Below, piece by piece: positions 27,357 to 36,624 of a stretch of 48,606 bases of DNA. The position numbers and the translations under genes were made by a program. The notes under the pieces are model-generated. The model worked only from the letters and a program-made list of their open reading frames with translations. It was not told where the DNA came from and ran no database searches. Position 1 is the stretch's first letter. Each line of letters begins with the position of its first letter. Where the stretch lies: NCBI GenBank assembly GCA_050124655.1, contig JASFEV010000003.1, positions 1 through 48,606 on the forward strand. Reading direction: 5' to 3'. This DNA is from Desulfobacterales bacterium (lineage in GTDB: Bacteria > Desulfobacterota > Desulfobacteria > Desulfobacterales > JAHEIW01).

Positions 27357-27418
27357 TTACCCGTTAATAGAGGCAGGACGTCTAATTTATTTGAGCTCTA
27401 CAAGAAAGTATAATCCGT

Positions 27419-28987
27419 ATGAATGACATAGCGTGCAATCCTCGGGTCCTGGTTGTGACCCCCGAGGTCACCTATCTGCCGCATCGCATGGGCGGTTTGG
27501 CCTCCTTTTTTACAGCCAAAGCCGGCGGATTGGCCGATGTGTCGGCGGCTCTGGTGACGGCCTTGTTTGAACAGGGTGCTGATGTGCATGTGGCCATCCC
27601 GGACTATCGGTCTATTTTCAGTGACGGAATAGCGCCGGTCTTAAGGCAAGAATTCCGAAAAATACGGCGAAAAATGCCCGATGATCGCATCCACTTGGCC
27701 GAGGACCGGGCTTTTTACTATATTAACCGTGTTTATTCTGATTATGGTGAGGAAAATATCAAGCTGGCGCTGGCATTTCAGCGAGAGGTCATCAACAACA
27801 TTGTTCCCCGGGTACAGCCCGACCTGATCCACTGCAATGATTGGATGACCGGCCTGATTCCGGCCGTGTCCCGCCAGATGGGCATCCCCTGTCTTTTCAC
27901 CATTCACAATGTGCATACGGTCAAAACCACCCTGGCCTTTATCGAAGACCGTGGGATCGATGCGGCCTATTTCTGGCAAAATCTTTATTTTGAAAACATG
28001 GCCAATCATTACGAAGAGGCCCGGGAAACCAATCCCGTGGATCTGCTGACCAGCGGTGTCTTTGCGGCCCATTTTGTCAATGTTGTCAGCCCCAATTTCT
28101 TAGCGGAAGTCGTCAACGGTCGGCATGATTTTGTCTATCCCCCCCTGAAACAGCAACTGGCCAATAAAGTAACGGCCGGCTGCGCTAGCGGGATACTCAA
28201 TGCCCCGGATCCGTCATTTAATCCCGCCACAGACACAGAATTGAAAAAAACTTACGACCCCAAAGATTTTGTGTCCGGCAAAAAAGCAAATAAAATTTTC
28301 CTCCAAAAAAAATTGGGCCTCATTCAGGATGAAACTGCCCCGGTCTTTTTTTGGCCCTCACGCCTGGATCCGGTTCAAAAGGGCTGCCATTTGCTGGCAG
28401 ACATTTTTTACAAAGTTCTGTCAACCTTTTGGAGGCAAAACCTGCAGGTGATCTTTGTTGCCAATGGCGATTATCAGCGGGTGTTCCGGGATATCATTGC
28501 GTTTCATAAGATAAAAAAACGCGTCGCCATTTGCGATTTCGATTTCCATCTGGAGCATCTGGGGTACGGCGCGGCCGATTTTATCCTGATGCCCTCAAGC
28601 TTCGAGCCCTGCGGCCTGCCCCAGATGATCGCACCCATCTATGGCGCTCTGCCGGTTGCCCATGACACCGGCGGGATCCATGATACCATCATCGATCTGG
28701 ACGTGAGCCGCAACCAAGGAAACGGCTTTTTGTTTAATACTTTCGATTCCAACGGTCTTTTTTGGGCAATCCGGCAAGCCATGAATTTTTACACTTTGCC
28801 GAAAAACATTAAACATCCACAAATCGCGCGCATTATGAAAGAAAGCGCAGAAACTTTCACCCATGCCAATACAGCGCGCCAATACATTGCGCTATACGAA
28901 CGGATGCTCGAGCGCCCGCTGATACTTGAAAATGCGTCCGCAAAAGACGCCTGCGAACCTGGGTTCAAACCGGAGCTTTCCAGATGA
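27419..28987 (+). CDS. glgA: glycogen/starch synthase (GT5)
   Basis: KAGGLADV, IHCNDWMTGL, FTIHN, SRLDPVQKG, MPSSFEPCGLPQM, TGGIHDTI motifs. Confidence 0.92.
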   Translation: MNDIACNPRVLVVTPEVTYLPHRMGGLASFFTAKAGGLADVSAALVTALFEQGADVHVAIPDYRSIFSDGIAPVLRQEFRKIRRKMPDDRIHLAEDRAFYYINRVYSDYGEENIKLALAFQREVINNIVPRVQPDLIHCNDWMTGLIPAVSRQMGIPCLFTIHNVHTVKTTLAFIEDRGIDAAYFWQNLYFENMANHYEEARETNPVDLLTSGVFAAHFVNVVSPNFLAEVVNGRHDFVYPPLKQQLANKVTAGCASGILNAPDPSFNPATDTELKKTYDPKDFVSGKKANKIFLQKKLGLIQDETAPVFFWPSRLDPVQKGCHLLADIFYKVLSTFWRQNLQVIFVANGDYQRVFRDIIAFHKIKKRVAICDFDFHLEHLGYGAADFILMPSSFEPCGLPQMIAPIYGALPVAHDTGGIHDTIIDLDVSRNQGNGFLFNTFDSNGLFWAIRQAMNFYTLPKNIKHPQIARIMKESAETFTHANTARQYIALYERMLERPLILENASAKDACEPGFKPELSR

Positions 28988-31032
28988 CGACAAACGGACC
29001 GGATGGCTGGCAGGCAGATCAGATTCATCAGGCGCTTCAGCGTCTGATAAAAAGCGATCCGTATTTAGCACCCTATCACGACATCATCTATCGCCGCCTG
29101 AAGAAAATCGCCCAAACGCGCCAGCAATTGACTGGCGGACGTGCATCTTTAGCTGACTTTGCTTCCGGACACGAATATTTTGGTCTGCATTTCAAGGACA
29201 AACAATGGGTTTTTCGCGAGTGGGCACCCAATGCCACAGCGGTGTTTTTGATCGGAGAGATGTCGGGCTGGCAGGAAAGAAAAGAGTTTGCCCTCAATCC
29301 TTGCCCTGACGGGATCTGGGAGATCCACCTGCCCGCCGATAAGCTTCGACACGGCGCCTTGTACCGCTTGCGCATCCACTGGCCCGGCGGGGAAGGGGAT
29401 CGCATTCCCGCTTACGCCCGTCGTGTGGTCCAGGATCCGCAAACGCTCATATTCAACGCCCAGGTGTGGCGACCGGATTCACCTTATCAGTGGCAGTGTA
29501 CGGATTTTATGCGTGATTTTAATTCGCCGCTGATCTACGAAGTTCACATCGGCATGGCCCAGGAAGCGGGTAAAATCGGATCCTATGCGGAATTTACCAA
29601 AAATATATTGCCCCGGGTGGCGGCCAGCGGTTATAACACGCTTCAGATCATGGCCATACCGGAGCATCCCTACTACGGGTCTTTCGGCTACCAGGTGTCC
29701 AGCTTCTTTGCGGCATCCTCACGATTCGGCACCCCCGAAGATTTTAAAGCCTTAATCGACGCTGCCCATACGTCCGGCCTGGCCGTCATTATTGATCTGA
29801 TTCATTCCCATGCCGTCTCCAACGAAGTCGAAGGCCTCAGCCGCTTTGACGGCACCCTGTATCAATATTTTCATGACGGTCCACGCGGGCGCCACGAGCT
29901 ATGGGATTCGCGTTGCTTTGATTACGGCAAGCATCAAGTCTTGCATTTTCTGCTGTCCAATTGCCGCTTCTGGCTGGATGAATATCAGCTGGACGGCTTT
30001 CGCTTTGACGGCATCACCAGCATGCTTTATTTGCACCACGGCTTGAATAAGGCCTTTACATCCTACCAGGATTATCTCAATGAGCAGGTGGACGACGATG
30101 CGTTGGTCTATCTGGCGCTGGCCAACGAAGTCATCCACCAAGTCCGCCCGGATGCCATCTCGATCGCTGAAGATGTTAGCGGGATGCCGGGATTGGCCGC
30201 CGCGGCTGAAAACGGTGGCTTCGGATTTGATTTTCGCTTTGCCATGGGCATACCCGATCTGTGGATCAAATTAATTAAAGAAGTGTCTGACGAGGATTGG
30301 CCCATCGGACACCTGTGGTACGAGCTCACCAATCGGCGCAGCGATGAAAAAACGATCAGCTACGCCGAATCCCACGACCAGGCCCTGGTGGGGGATCAAT
30401 CCATCATTTTCCGTTTGATCGGCGCCGACATGTATGACCACATGCACATCGATTCTGTTAATATGAAAGTGGATCGCGGCCTGGCCTTACAGAAAATGAT
30501 CCGGTTGATTACCCTGGCGACCGCCGGCAACGGTTATTTGAATTTTATCGGTAATGAGTTCGGGCATCCGGAATGGATTGATTTTCCGCGGGAAGGCAAC
30601 AATTGGTCTTATCACTACGCCCGCCGCCAGTGGCACCTGGTCGATGATCCGCAATTAAAGTACCAATTTCTGGCGCGCTTTGACCGCGATATGATTGCGC
30701 TGACGAAATCCCATCACCTGTTGGACAGTGGTGATTTGCGTCTGCTTTACGAATACGCCGACCATCAGATCATCGTATTTGAGCGGTCCGACCTTTTGTT
30801 TGCATTTAACTTTCATCCCCACCAATCCTACCCCGACTACCGCATTGAAGCCCCGCCGGGCAGCTATCGCATGCTGTTATCCAGTGACGATGCGCAATAC
30901 GGCGGTCACGGACGCCTGGAAACCGGTCAGGAGCATTTGACCCTGCCAGAAAAAGGCCGTCAAGAAAAGAAACACGTTTTAAGCCTTTATTTTCCCAGCC
31001 GAACGGCATTAGTGCTGCGGCATGTTACCTGA
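28984..31032 (+). CDS. glgB: 1,4-alpha-glucan branching enzyme, eukaryote-like GH13_8 type
   Basis: FREWAPNA, HPYYGSFGYQV, DGFRFDGITSMLYLHHG, YAESHDQALVGD, GNEFGHPEWIDFPREGN; ATGA overlap with glgA. Confidence 0.95.
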   Translation: MTTNGPDGWQADQIHQALQRLIKSDPYLAPYHDIIYRRLKKIAQTRQQLTGGRASLADFASGHEYFGLHFKDKQWVFREWAPNATAVFLIGEMSGWQERKEFALNPCPDGIWEIHLPADKLRHGALYRLRIHWPGGEGDRIPAYARRVVQDPQTLIFNAQVWRPDSPYQWQCTDFMRDFNSPLIYEVHIGMAQEAGKIGSYAEFTKNILPRVAASGYNTLQIMAIPEHPYYGSFGYQVSSFFAASSRFGTPEDFKALIDAAHTSGLAVIIDLIHSHAVSNEVEGLSRFDGTLYQYFHDGPRGRHELWDSRCFDYGKHQVLHFLLSNCRFWLDEYQLDGFRFDGITSMLYLHHGLNKAFTSYQDYLNEQVDDDALVYLALANEVIHQVRPDAISIAEDVSGMPGLAAAAENGGFGFDFRFAMGIPDLWIKLIKEVSDEDWPIGHLWYELTNRRSDEKTISYAESHDQALVGDQSIIFRLIGADMYDHMHIDSVNMKVDRGLALQKMIRLITLATAGNGYLNFIGNEFGHPEWIDFPREGNNWSYHYARRQWHLVDDPQLKYQFLARFDRDMIALTKSHHLLDSGDLRLLYEYADHQIIVFERSDLLFAFNFHPHQSYPDYRIEAPPGSYRMLLSSDDAQYGGHGRLETGQEHLTLPEKGRQEKKHVLSLYFPSRTALVLRHVT

Positions 31033-31051
31033 TCGCAATAAAACCCGGCGC

Positions 31052-31462
31052 TTACTCACTCTCATGATCGTAAACATTACAGATACAGCATAAAAAAGTG
31101 GCTGTATCGGTGTCGCTGATGTTTTTCATGCCGTGGGGCTCTAAGCTGGGGACATAAATCACATCGCCGGCACCGCAGAGCTTTTTTTTGACGACTTCAT
31201 CGGATTGGGGATCATACTGGTAGCATTCAAAACGACCGCTTAAGATGTACATGGTCTGGTGATAAAAATGGTTGTGGATTGGGATTTCACCACCGGGTTG
31301 GGCGGTAAAAAACCGCAGACCGTACTCAGGATAACCGGTGCCGTCATCTCCATGCTTTGAAAGCCAGCGGATGCTAATGCCCTTAACGTCGAGTTGCTGA
31401 CCCCGGTAGGGAAATTTTTTTATCTGAACGTCTTCGCAATCTTTCCAATTTAAAACTTCCAT
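31052..31462 (-). CDS. cupin-domain protein
   Basis: PGGEIPIHNH...YILSG and GDVIYVPSLEPHGMKN cupin motifs; AGGAGG RBS. Confidence 0.88.
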   Translation of the reverse strand: MEVLNWKDCEDVQIKKFPYRGQQLDVKGISIRWLSKHGDDGTGYPEYGLRFFTAQPGGEIPIHNHFYHQTMYILSGRFECYQYDPQSDEVVKKKLCGAGDVIYVPSLEPHGMKNISDTDTATFLCCICNVYDHESE

Positions 31463-31475
31463 GATGACCTCCTAG

Positions 31476-31572
31476 GGCGGTTAACCGGTTTGGCCGGTTC
31501 GCCCGTTGAGCCCGTAAAACATCATAATTTTTTCCCATTATGATGGACTCAAGAGAACAACGGGCTAAGCGA
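31476..31572. repeat. GCCCGTTGA / AACGGGC-type repeat element
   Basis: ggttaaccggtttggccggttcgcccgttgagcccgt ... aacgggctaagcg; related text at 36590-36613 and 46222-46342. Confidence 0.6.
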
Positions 31573-31763
31573 TTAATGTGGATCCGCTAAAACAGATTCG
31601 AGCAACCGTATAAAGGCGATTCGCGAAACTTTCTCAATCGAGAAAAATAAACATTTGTGCGCCGGTCAGCAATCTTTATATGATTAAAAGGATCAATTTT
31701 TAATCGATTACGTTTATTGCTGGTATTTTTAAACACAAAAATTTGCGACCTAAAGCAATTTCC

Positions 31764-31785
31764 GATATACTATATATAGTATATC
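31764..31785. promoter_or_regulatory. perfect 22-bp palindrome, candidate operator
   Basis: gatatactatatatagtatatc is its own reverse complement; lies 60 nt upstream of the 31845 gene. Confidence 0.5.
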
Positions 31786-31844
31786 CAACGCGTTTGCTCA
31801 ACATCGATCACTAAACGTTAAAAATTTGAGAGTACAGCAGCCAA

Positions 31845-32492
31845 ATGAAAATCGCTCGACATTTGATGTTTGCCGTATGGATATTCTCAAGCGCCCTGCT
31901 GTTCAGTTGCAGTGATAAAAAGGCAATTGATTTCGGCACGTTTGAAGCGGGTACCTATTCCAATTCGTTTTTCGATCTGGCGCTCAGCATCCCGGATTCC
32001 TGGCATGTGCTGGACATGGAATCCCGGCTGGAAATAATGAAACGGGGAGGTGAAATTGTCGCCGGAGACAATAAAAGTTTAAAGGCGGCTATCAAGACGG
32101 CGGATTTGCAAAGCATCAATTTATTAACCGCCTATGAACACCCACCGGGGGCGAGTGTGGCCACCAATCCCGGGATTATGTTGATTGCCGAAAAAGTAAA
32201 ACATGCACCGGGTATCAAAAGGGGTCGTGATTACCATTACCACGCCAAAAAGCTGATGAAATTCAGCCGTATGAAGGTTTCATATCCACAGGAAATATAC
32301 GAAAAAACCATTGATGGGGTACCATTTGACATCATGGAAACCGAAATTAACATGGCACCGGGTGTCGTCATTCGCCAACGGCAGTATGCGACCATCATAA
32401 AAGGTTATGCCTTAATGATGGCGTTGACATATCAGGACGAATCTGGCCTTAGCCAGTTAGAAAAAATCGCTCATACCCTTTCATTTAACTAA
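31845..32492 (+). CDS. hypothetical lipoprotein
   Basis: Lipobox LLFSC; YSNSFFDLALSIPDSW pattern; 215-aa ORF. Confidence 0.8.
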   Translation: MKIARHLMFAVWIFSSALLFSCSDKKAIDFGTFEAGTYSNSFFDLALSIPDSWHVLDMESRLEIMKRGGEIVAGDNKSLKAAIKTADLQSINLLTAYEHPPGASVATNPGIMLIAEKVKHAPGIKRGRDYHYHAKKLMKFSRMKVSYPQEIYEKTIDGVPFDIMETEINMAPGVVIRQRQYATIIKGYALMMALTYQDESGLSQLEKIAHTLSFN

Positions 32493-32605
32493 CGATAATC
32501 GGCCAAATCCCGCCTATAAAGATCATTTGGCCGGTTAAACGAGCGCAATACGGGCATCAAAAAGCCGGTATTGAAGAATACCTTAACGGCCAATGGGGGA
32601 ACAAA

Positions 32606-32974
32606 ATGATGCGACAGGTTTACAACCGGCAAGGGCACCTGGTTAAGCCCTTGCGAGCAATTTTGTTGTTTGCTGCCATGCTCTTGTTTATTTTCACTGT
32701 TGTCTTCCGCATGGTAGAAAGTGATAGTTTCAGCACGGCCATGGCCACCTTAATCGAATCCATTTTAATTGTCGCTTTTTTTATTTTTCTCGGCCTCTTT
32801 ATTGCTTATTTTTTATATTTTATACATGATAAAATCCGCCAAAGGGCCAGATCCAAGCAGATTTACAGCATTTTTGGCGACCTCTCCGCCAAAGATGAAT
32901 CCGCTTGCAAACCTGATCGCGCTGAAGTTAAGCGCGATTTGGGCGAAAAGGCTGAATCCAGACCGAACTCCTGA
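32606..32974 (+). CDS. hypothetical membrane protein (2 TM)
   Basis: GGGGGA RBS, two hydrophobic segments. Confidence 0.65.
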   Translation: MMRQVYNRQGHLVKPLRAILLFAAMLLFIFTVVFRMVESDSFSTAMATLIESILIVAFFIFLGLFIAYFLYFIHDKIRQRARSKQIYSIFGDLSAKDESACKPDRAEVKRDLGEKAESRPNS

Positions 32975-33112
32975 AACCATTTTTAAGAACGCCTAAATAA
33001 ATGTCGACAAAAATATGGCTTTTATGCGTCTATCCCGGTGAGTGTTCGGCGAATTGTGTTTTAAATATAGCTACCCCTGCACACAATTATTCGATATGAT
33101 AAAAACGCCTCT

Positions 33113-33553
33113 ATGAAAGCTTTCACTGAAATGAAAAGATTACCGACCCTCATCATTAGTTTGCTTGGAATTGCCATCCTAATGATGGCCTGTGCTAAAA
33201 AGCGCCCGGTTCTTTATCCGAATCTAACCTACAAGACCGCCGGCGCATCCGCCGCCATGGCCGATATAGATGAATGTATTCAGCTGGCCGCCAATCATGG
33301 CCATGCCACCGACGCCGGCAAGAATGTCGCCACCTCTACAGCCAAAGGGGCTGCCACCGGTGCCGTGGTCGGCGGTGCCGTCGGCGCGGTTACCGGTCGG
33401 CCCGGCCGGGGCGTGGCGGCTGGAGCGGCCGGGGGTGGCGCCGGGGGCTTGATGAAGGGCGTTTGGAAATCAGGCGATCCGGATGACATCGAACGTCGCT
33501 TTGTTGAGCAGTGTTTAAGGGATAAGGGGTACAAGGTCATTGGATGGAAATAA
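33113..33553 (+). CDS. glycine-zipper lipoprotein
   Basis: Lipobox MMAC; GAATGAVVGGAVGAVTG...GVAAGAAGGGAGG; C-terminal FVEQCLRDKGYKVIGWK; start may be ATG 33131. Confidence 0.85.
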   Translation: MKAFTEMKRLPTLIISLLGIAILMMACAKKRPVLYPNLTYKTAGASAAMADIDECIQLAANHGHATDAGKNVATSTAKGAATGAVVGGAVGAVTGRPGRGVAAGAAGGGAGGLMKGVWKSGDPDDIERRFVEQCLRDKGYKVIGWK

Positions 33554-33697
33554 AAATGGCTTTAAAACACCCTATCATGGCCGATGGCTTTGTTATAAAT
33601 CGATTCAAAATGCTCGCGTACTGCCGTGTACGCTCCACTTTTGAATCGATTTGCGCCGCGCCCTCGACCATGCTAAGCCATTTTAAAGCCATTTTTT
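33553..33697. mobile_element. ~145-bp long-hairpin REP/MITE-like element
   Basis: aaaaatggctttaaaa / ttttaaagccattttt outer IR, aaatcgattcaaaa / ttttgaatcgattt inner IR, apical gcgtac-tgccgt-gtacgc. Confidence 0.7.
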
Positions 33698-33719
33698 ACT
33701 TCAACATAAAGAGGTGCAA

Positions 33720-33893
33720 ATGAATAAAGCAGAGTTGGTTAAACGAGTGGCCGAAAAGCTGGGCGATCTTCCCAAAAAGACAGCCGCCAAAGCCGTGGAC
33801 GCGGTGTTTAAATCGATTCAAGAGGGTTTGGAAGAAGATGGTATCGTTAGAATCGGTCAATGGGGAACCTACACAGTAGATGATATCCAGTGA
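33720..33893 (+). CDS. short HU/IHF-family protein lacking the DNA-binding beta-arm (57 aa; functional mini-protein or pseudogene)
   Basis: MNKAELVKRVAEKLGDLPKKTAAKAVDAVFKSIQEGLEEDGIVRIGQWGTYTVDDIQ*; GAGGTG RBS; below ORF-track size cut-off. Confidence 0.8.
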   Translation: MNKAELVKRVAEKLGDLPKKTAAKAVDAVFKSIQEGLEEDGIVRIGQWGTYTVDDIQ

Positions 33894-33947
33894 TGTCATC
33901 GGTACCATATTAATATTAAACGGTAATTAAGCCTAATATCATGGCTG

Positions 33948-35387
33948 TTACCGACAGCACAAATCTGAGACGATCTCACCTAGCTTCTCAATTCCCCTTT
34001 CCATATCTTCCGTGAAAGGCGAGCCACAGCTTATCTGGATAAAATTCTTGAACTGCCGTGAGTTTGAGCACACCACTCCTGGTATAATGGCAATATGGTG
34101 CTCCAATGCCCTGTGATATACGTTTAAGCCGGCGACCTGTTGGGGCAGCTCGATCCACAGCAGGGTTCCGCCATCCGGTATGGCCAGCCGTGTTCCGGCT
34201 GGAAAGTATTTTTGAATGGCCAAAGCGGTTCGCAAGACTTGCTTTTTTAGGGTGTTGCGCAATTGCCTGAGGTGTCGTTCAAAGGCACCGTCGGCCAAGT
34301 ATTGCGATATGAGATATTGATCAAGGGTTGACGTCGAAACCGTTGTGGCGGCTTTTAAATTCTGAATTTTTTCTTTTACTTGCTTTCCCGGAATCACCCA
34401 TCCGATCCGCAAACCGGGTGCCAGCATTTTTGAAAATGATGAGCAGGTAATGACGCGGTCTTTCTGATCAAATGATTTCAAGGGCATGGGGCGTTTACGC
34501 CCAAAATGCAGTTCGGAGCTGATGTCATCTTCAATAACAGAAATATCGTATTGATCGATGAGTTGAATCAGTCTGATCTTTTGGTCGTCAGGCATCAGGG
34601 CACCTAAAGGATTGTGAAAATTCGGTATCAGCAGGCAGGCCTTGATATTATTGCGGCGTAAGATATTTTCCAATTCATCTAAATCCACACCGTATCTGGG
34701 GTCGGCCGGCACTTCCATCACCAGAAGTCCCAATTCCTGAAGCAACTGCAGAAAACCGAAATTTGTCGGCGTTTCTAAGGCAATGGTATCCCCCGGTCGG
34801 GCAATGGCCAGCAGTGATAGGGCCACTGCCTCCATGCAGCCGTTGGTAATAATAATATCTTCCGGTGTGATGCCTTCCAAAACGCCCACGGTTCGCAGGG
34901 CAATCTGGCGGCGCAGTTCCGGAAAACCTTCAGATAGCGAATAGGAAATCATGGATTTCATGTCGGCATGTGAGAGATCCTTCAATATCCGGGAAAAGTG
35001 TTTAAACGGCATCAGCTCCGAATCGGCCGCCGTCGAACCCAGAGGCAATAGATATGGATTGCTGATCGCAGAAATGACCGAATTCATCATGGACGACAAT
35101 CTTACTTTTTTAGGCGGAAAAGAAACTTTTTTAAATCGCGGGACTTTTAAATCCTGCAGAACAACCGGATTGACGTAATAACCGGACTTTGGCCGCGCTT
35201 CCACCAGTCCTATTGATTCCAGCTCCATGTAAGCATGATAAATCGTCGATATACTTAGATTCGATTGCTTATGAAGCTTGCGAATGGAAGGCAGCCTTTC
35301 TCCGGACTGATAGGTTCCGTTCCGAATTTTTTGTTCAATTTCTTCCGCCAGGGACCGGTAACGGAACATTTTTTTGGTCTCATCCAT
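33948..35387 (-). CDS. MocR/GntR-family PLP-dependent transcriptional regulator (PdxR-like)
   Basis: GERLPSIRKL...SISTIYHAY..LE..GLVEARPKSGYYV wHTH plus aminotransferase domain (ITNGCMEA, NFHNPLG, SSFSKMLAPGLRIGW); divergent from pdxST; start ATG 35387. Confidence 0.92.
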   Translation of the reverse strand: MDETKKMFRYRSLAEEIEQKIRNGTYQSGERLPSIRKLHKQSNLSISTIYHAYMELESIGLVEARPKSGYYVNPVVLQDLKVPRFKKVSFPPKKVRLSSMMNSVISAISNPYLLPLGSTAADSELMPFKHFSRILKDLSHADMKSMISYSLSEGFPELRRQIALRTVGVLEGITPEDIIITNGCMEAVALSLLAIARPGDTIALETPTNFGFLQLLQELGLLVMEVPADPRYGVDLDELENILRRNNIKACLLIPNFHNPLGALMPDDQKIRLIQLIDQYDISVIEDDISSELHFGRKRPMPLKSFDQKDRVITCSSFSKMLAPGLRIGWVIPGKQVKEKIQNLKAATTVSTSTLDQYLISQYLADGAFERHLRQLRNTLKKQVLRTALAIQKYFPAGTRLAIPDGGTLLWIELPQQVAGLNVYHRALEHHIAIIPGVVCSNSRQFKNFIQISCGSPFTEDMERGIEKLGEIVSDLCCR

Positions 35388-35481
35388 ATGCTTGCCCCCC
35401 AAAAGACAACCTTGATTCACAAATTGAAAAAGGTTGTGCAAATTCAGTCGAATGAATTCGATCACACTAGAAAAACAGCTA

Positions 35482-35521
35482 AAACTGTTATGCTTATTTT
35501 TTTGATTATCTGTATCTGTTT
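35482..35521. promoter_or_regulatory. candidate MocR operator in the regulator/pdxS divergon
   Basis: aaactgttatgc...atctgtatctgtt CTGT repeats, preceded by inverted aacag at ~35474. Confidence 0.5.
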
Positions 35522-35590
35522 TTTTTTATCATAACCGCTACGATGGCGGCAATCAGAAAGTTAACCTTAAAAACATGGGAGGTGATATTC

Positions 35591-36499
35591 ATGGGAACGA
35601 ATGAAAACCATTTGGATGCGCGCAAAGGTGGCTTTACGGTGAAAAGTGGCCTGGCGCAGATGCTCAAAGGCGGCGTGATTATGGACGTGGTGTCAGTGGA
35701 GCATGCCGTCATTGCCGAAGAAGCCGGTGCTGTTGCCGTCATGGCCCTGGAGAGAGTGCCGGCAGACATCCGGGAACACGGCGGTGTCGCACGTATGTCT
35801 GATCCGGCTTTGATCAAGGAAATCATGGAGTCCGTCAGCATACCGGTCATGGCAAAATGTCGCATCGGTCACTTTGTAGAGGCTCAGATTTTAGAGGCCA
35901 TCGGTGTTGATTATGTTGATGAAAGCGAAGTGCTGACCCCGGCCGATGAGCGCCATCATATCGACAAGCATCCGTTTACGATTCCGTTTGTCTGCGGATG
36001 TCGGGACTTGGGCGAGGCGCTGCGCCGCATCGGAGAAGGGGCCGCCATGATTCGAACAAAAGGCGAGGCGGGAACCGGTGACATCGTTGAAGCGGTGCGT
36101 CACGCACGCACGGTACTGGGCGCCATCCGTGATCTGAAAGCCAAACCGGACGATGAATTGATGGCTTATGCCAAGGATATGGGTGCCCCCTATGAGGTGG
36201 TGAAGCAAACCAAAGAACTGGGCCGGTTGCCAGTGGTCAATTTTGCGGCCGGTGGCATTGCCACACCGGCGGATGCCGCCTTGATGATGCAAATCGGCGT
36301 GGACGGCGTTTTTGTGGGCTCCGGTATTTTCAAATCCGACAACCCGGCGCGCCGGGCCAAGGCCATTGTTGAAGCCACCACCCACTACAAAGATCCGAAC
36401 ATCCTGGCTGAAATCAGTCAAAACTTGGGCGAACCGATGGTCGGTATCAGCGTCAGCACGCTGGCGGAAGGGGAAACCCTGGCCGATCGTGGGTGGTAA
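35591..36499 (+). CDS. pdxS: pyridoxal 5'-phosphate synthase lyase subunit
   Basis: [62 protein letters not shown]; GGAGGT RBS before ATG 35591. Confidence 0.98.
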   Translation: MGTNENHLDARKGGFTVKSGLAQMLKGGVIMDVVSVEHAVIAEEAGAVAVMALERVPADIREHGGVARMSDPALIKEIMESVSIPVMAKCRIGHFVEAQILEAIGVDYVDESEVLTPADERHHIDKHPFTIPFVCGCRDLGEALRRIGEGAAMIRTKGEAGTGDIVEAVRHARTVLGAIRDLKAKPDDELMAYAKDMGAPYEVVKQTKELGRLPVVNFAAGGIATPADAALMMQIGVDGVFVGSGIFKSDNPARRAKAIVEATTHYKDPNILAEISQNLGEPMVGISVSTLAEGETLADRGW

Positions 36500-36523
36500 G
36501 AAGATTTGTACAATCGGCGATCT

Positions 36524-36613
36524 CCACCACAAAGGCACAAAGGCCACAAAGAAAGTCATTTAACGATAAATCGTTAATACTCCTTTTCTAACCGGCCAAC
36601 GGGCTCAACGGGA
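36524..36613. repeat. two short repeat half-elements between pdxS and pdxT
   Basis: caccacaaaggcacaaaggccacaaag (CACAAAG units) and aaccggccaacgggctcaacggg. Confidence 0.5.
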
Positions 36614-36624
36614 AAACCTGAACA

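Noticed and set aside
33891-33930. Selenocysteine read-through of the mini-HU TGA
   Set aside because: No SECIS-like hairpin and the downstream residues (CHRYHINIKR) show no HU similarity
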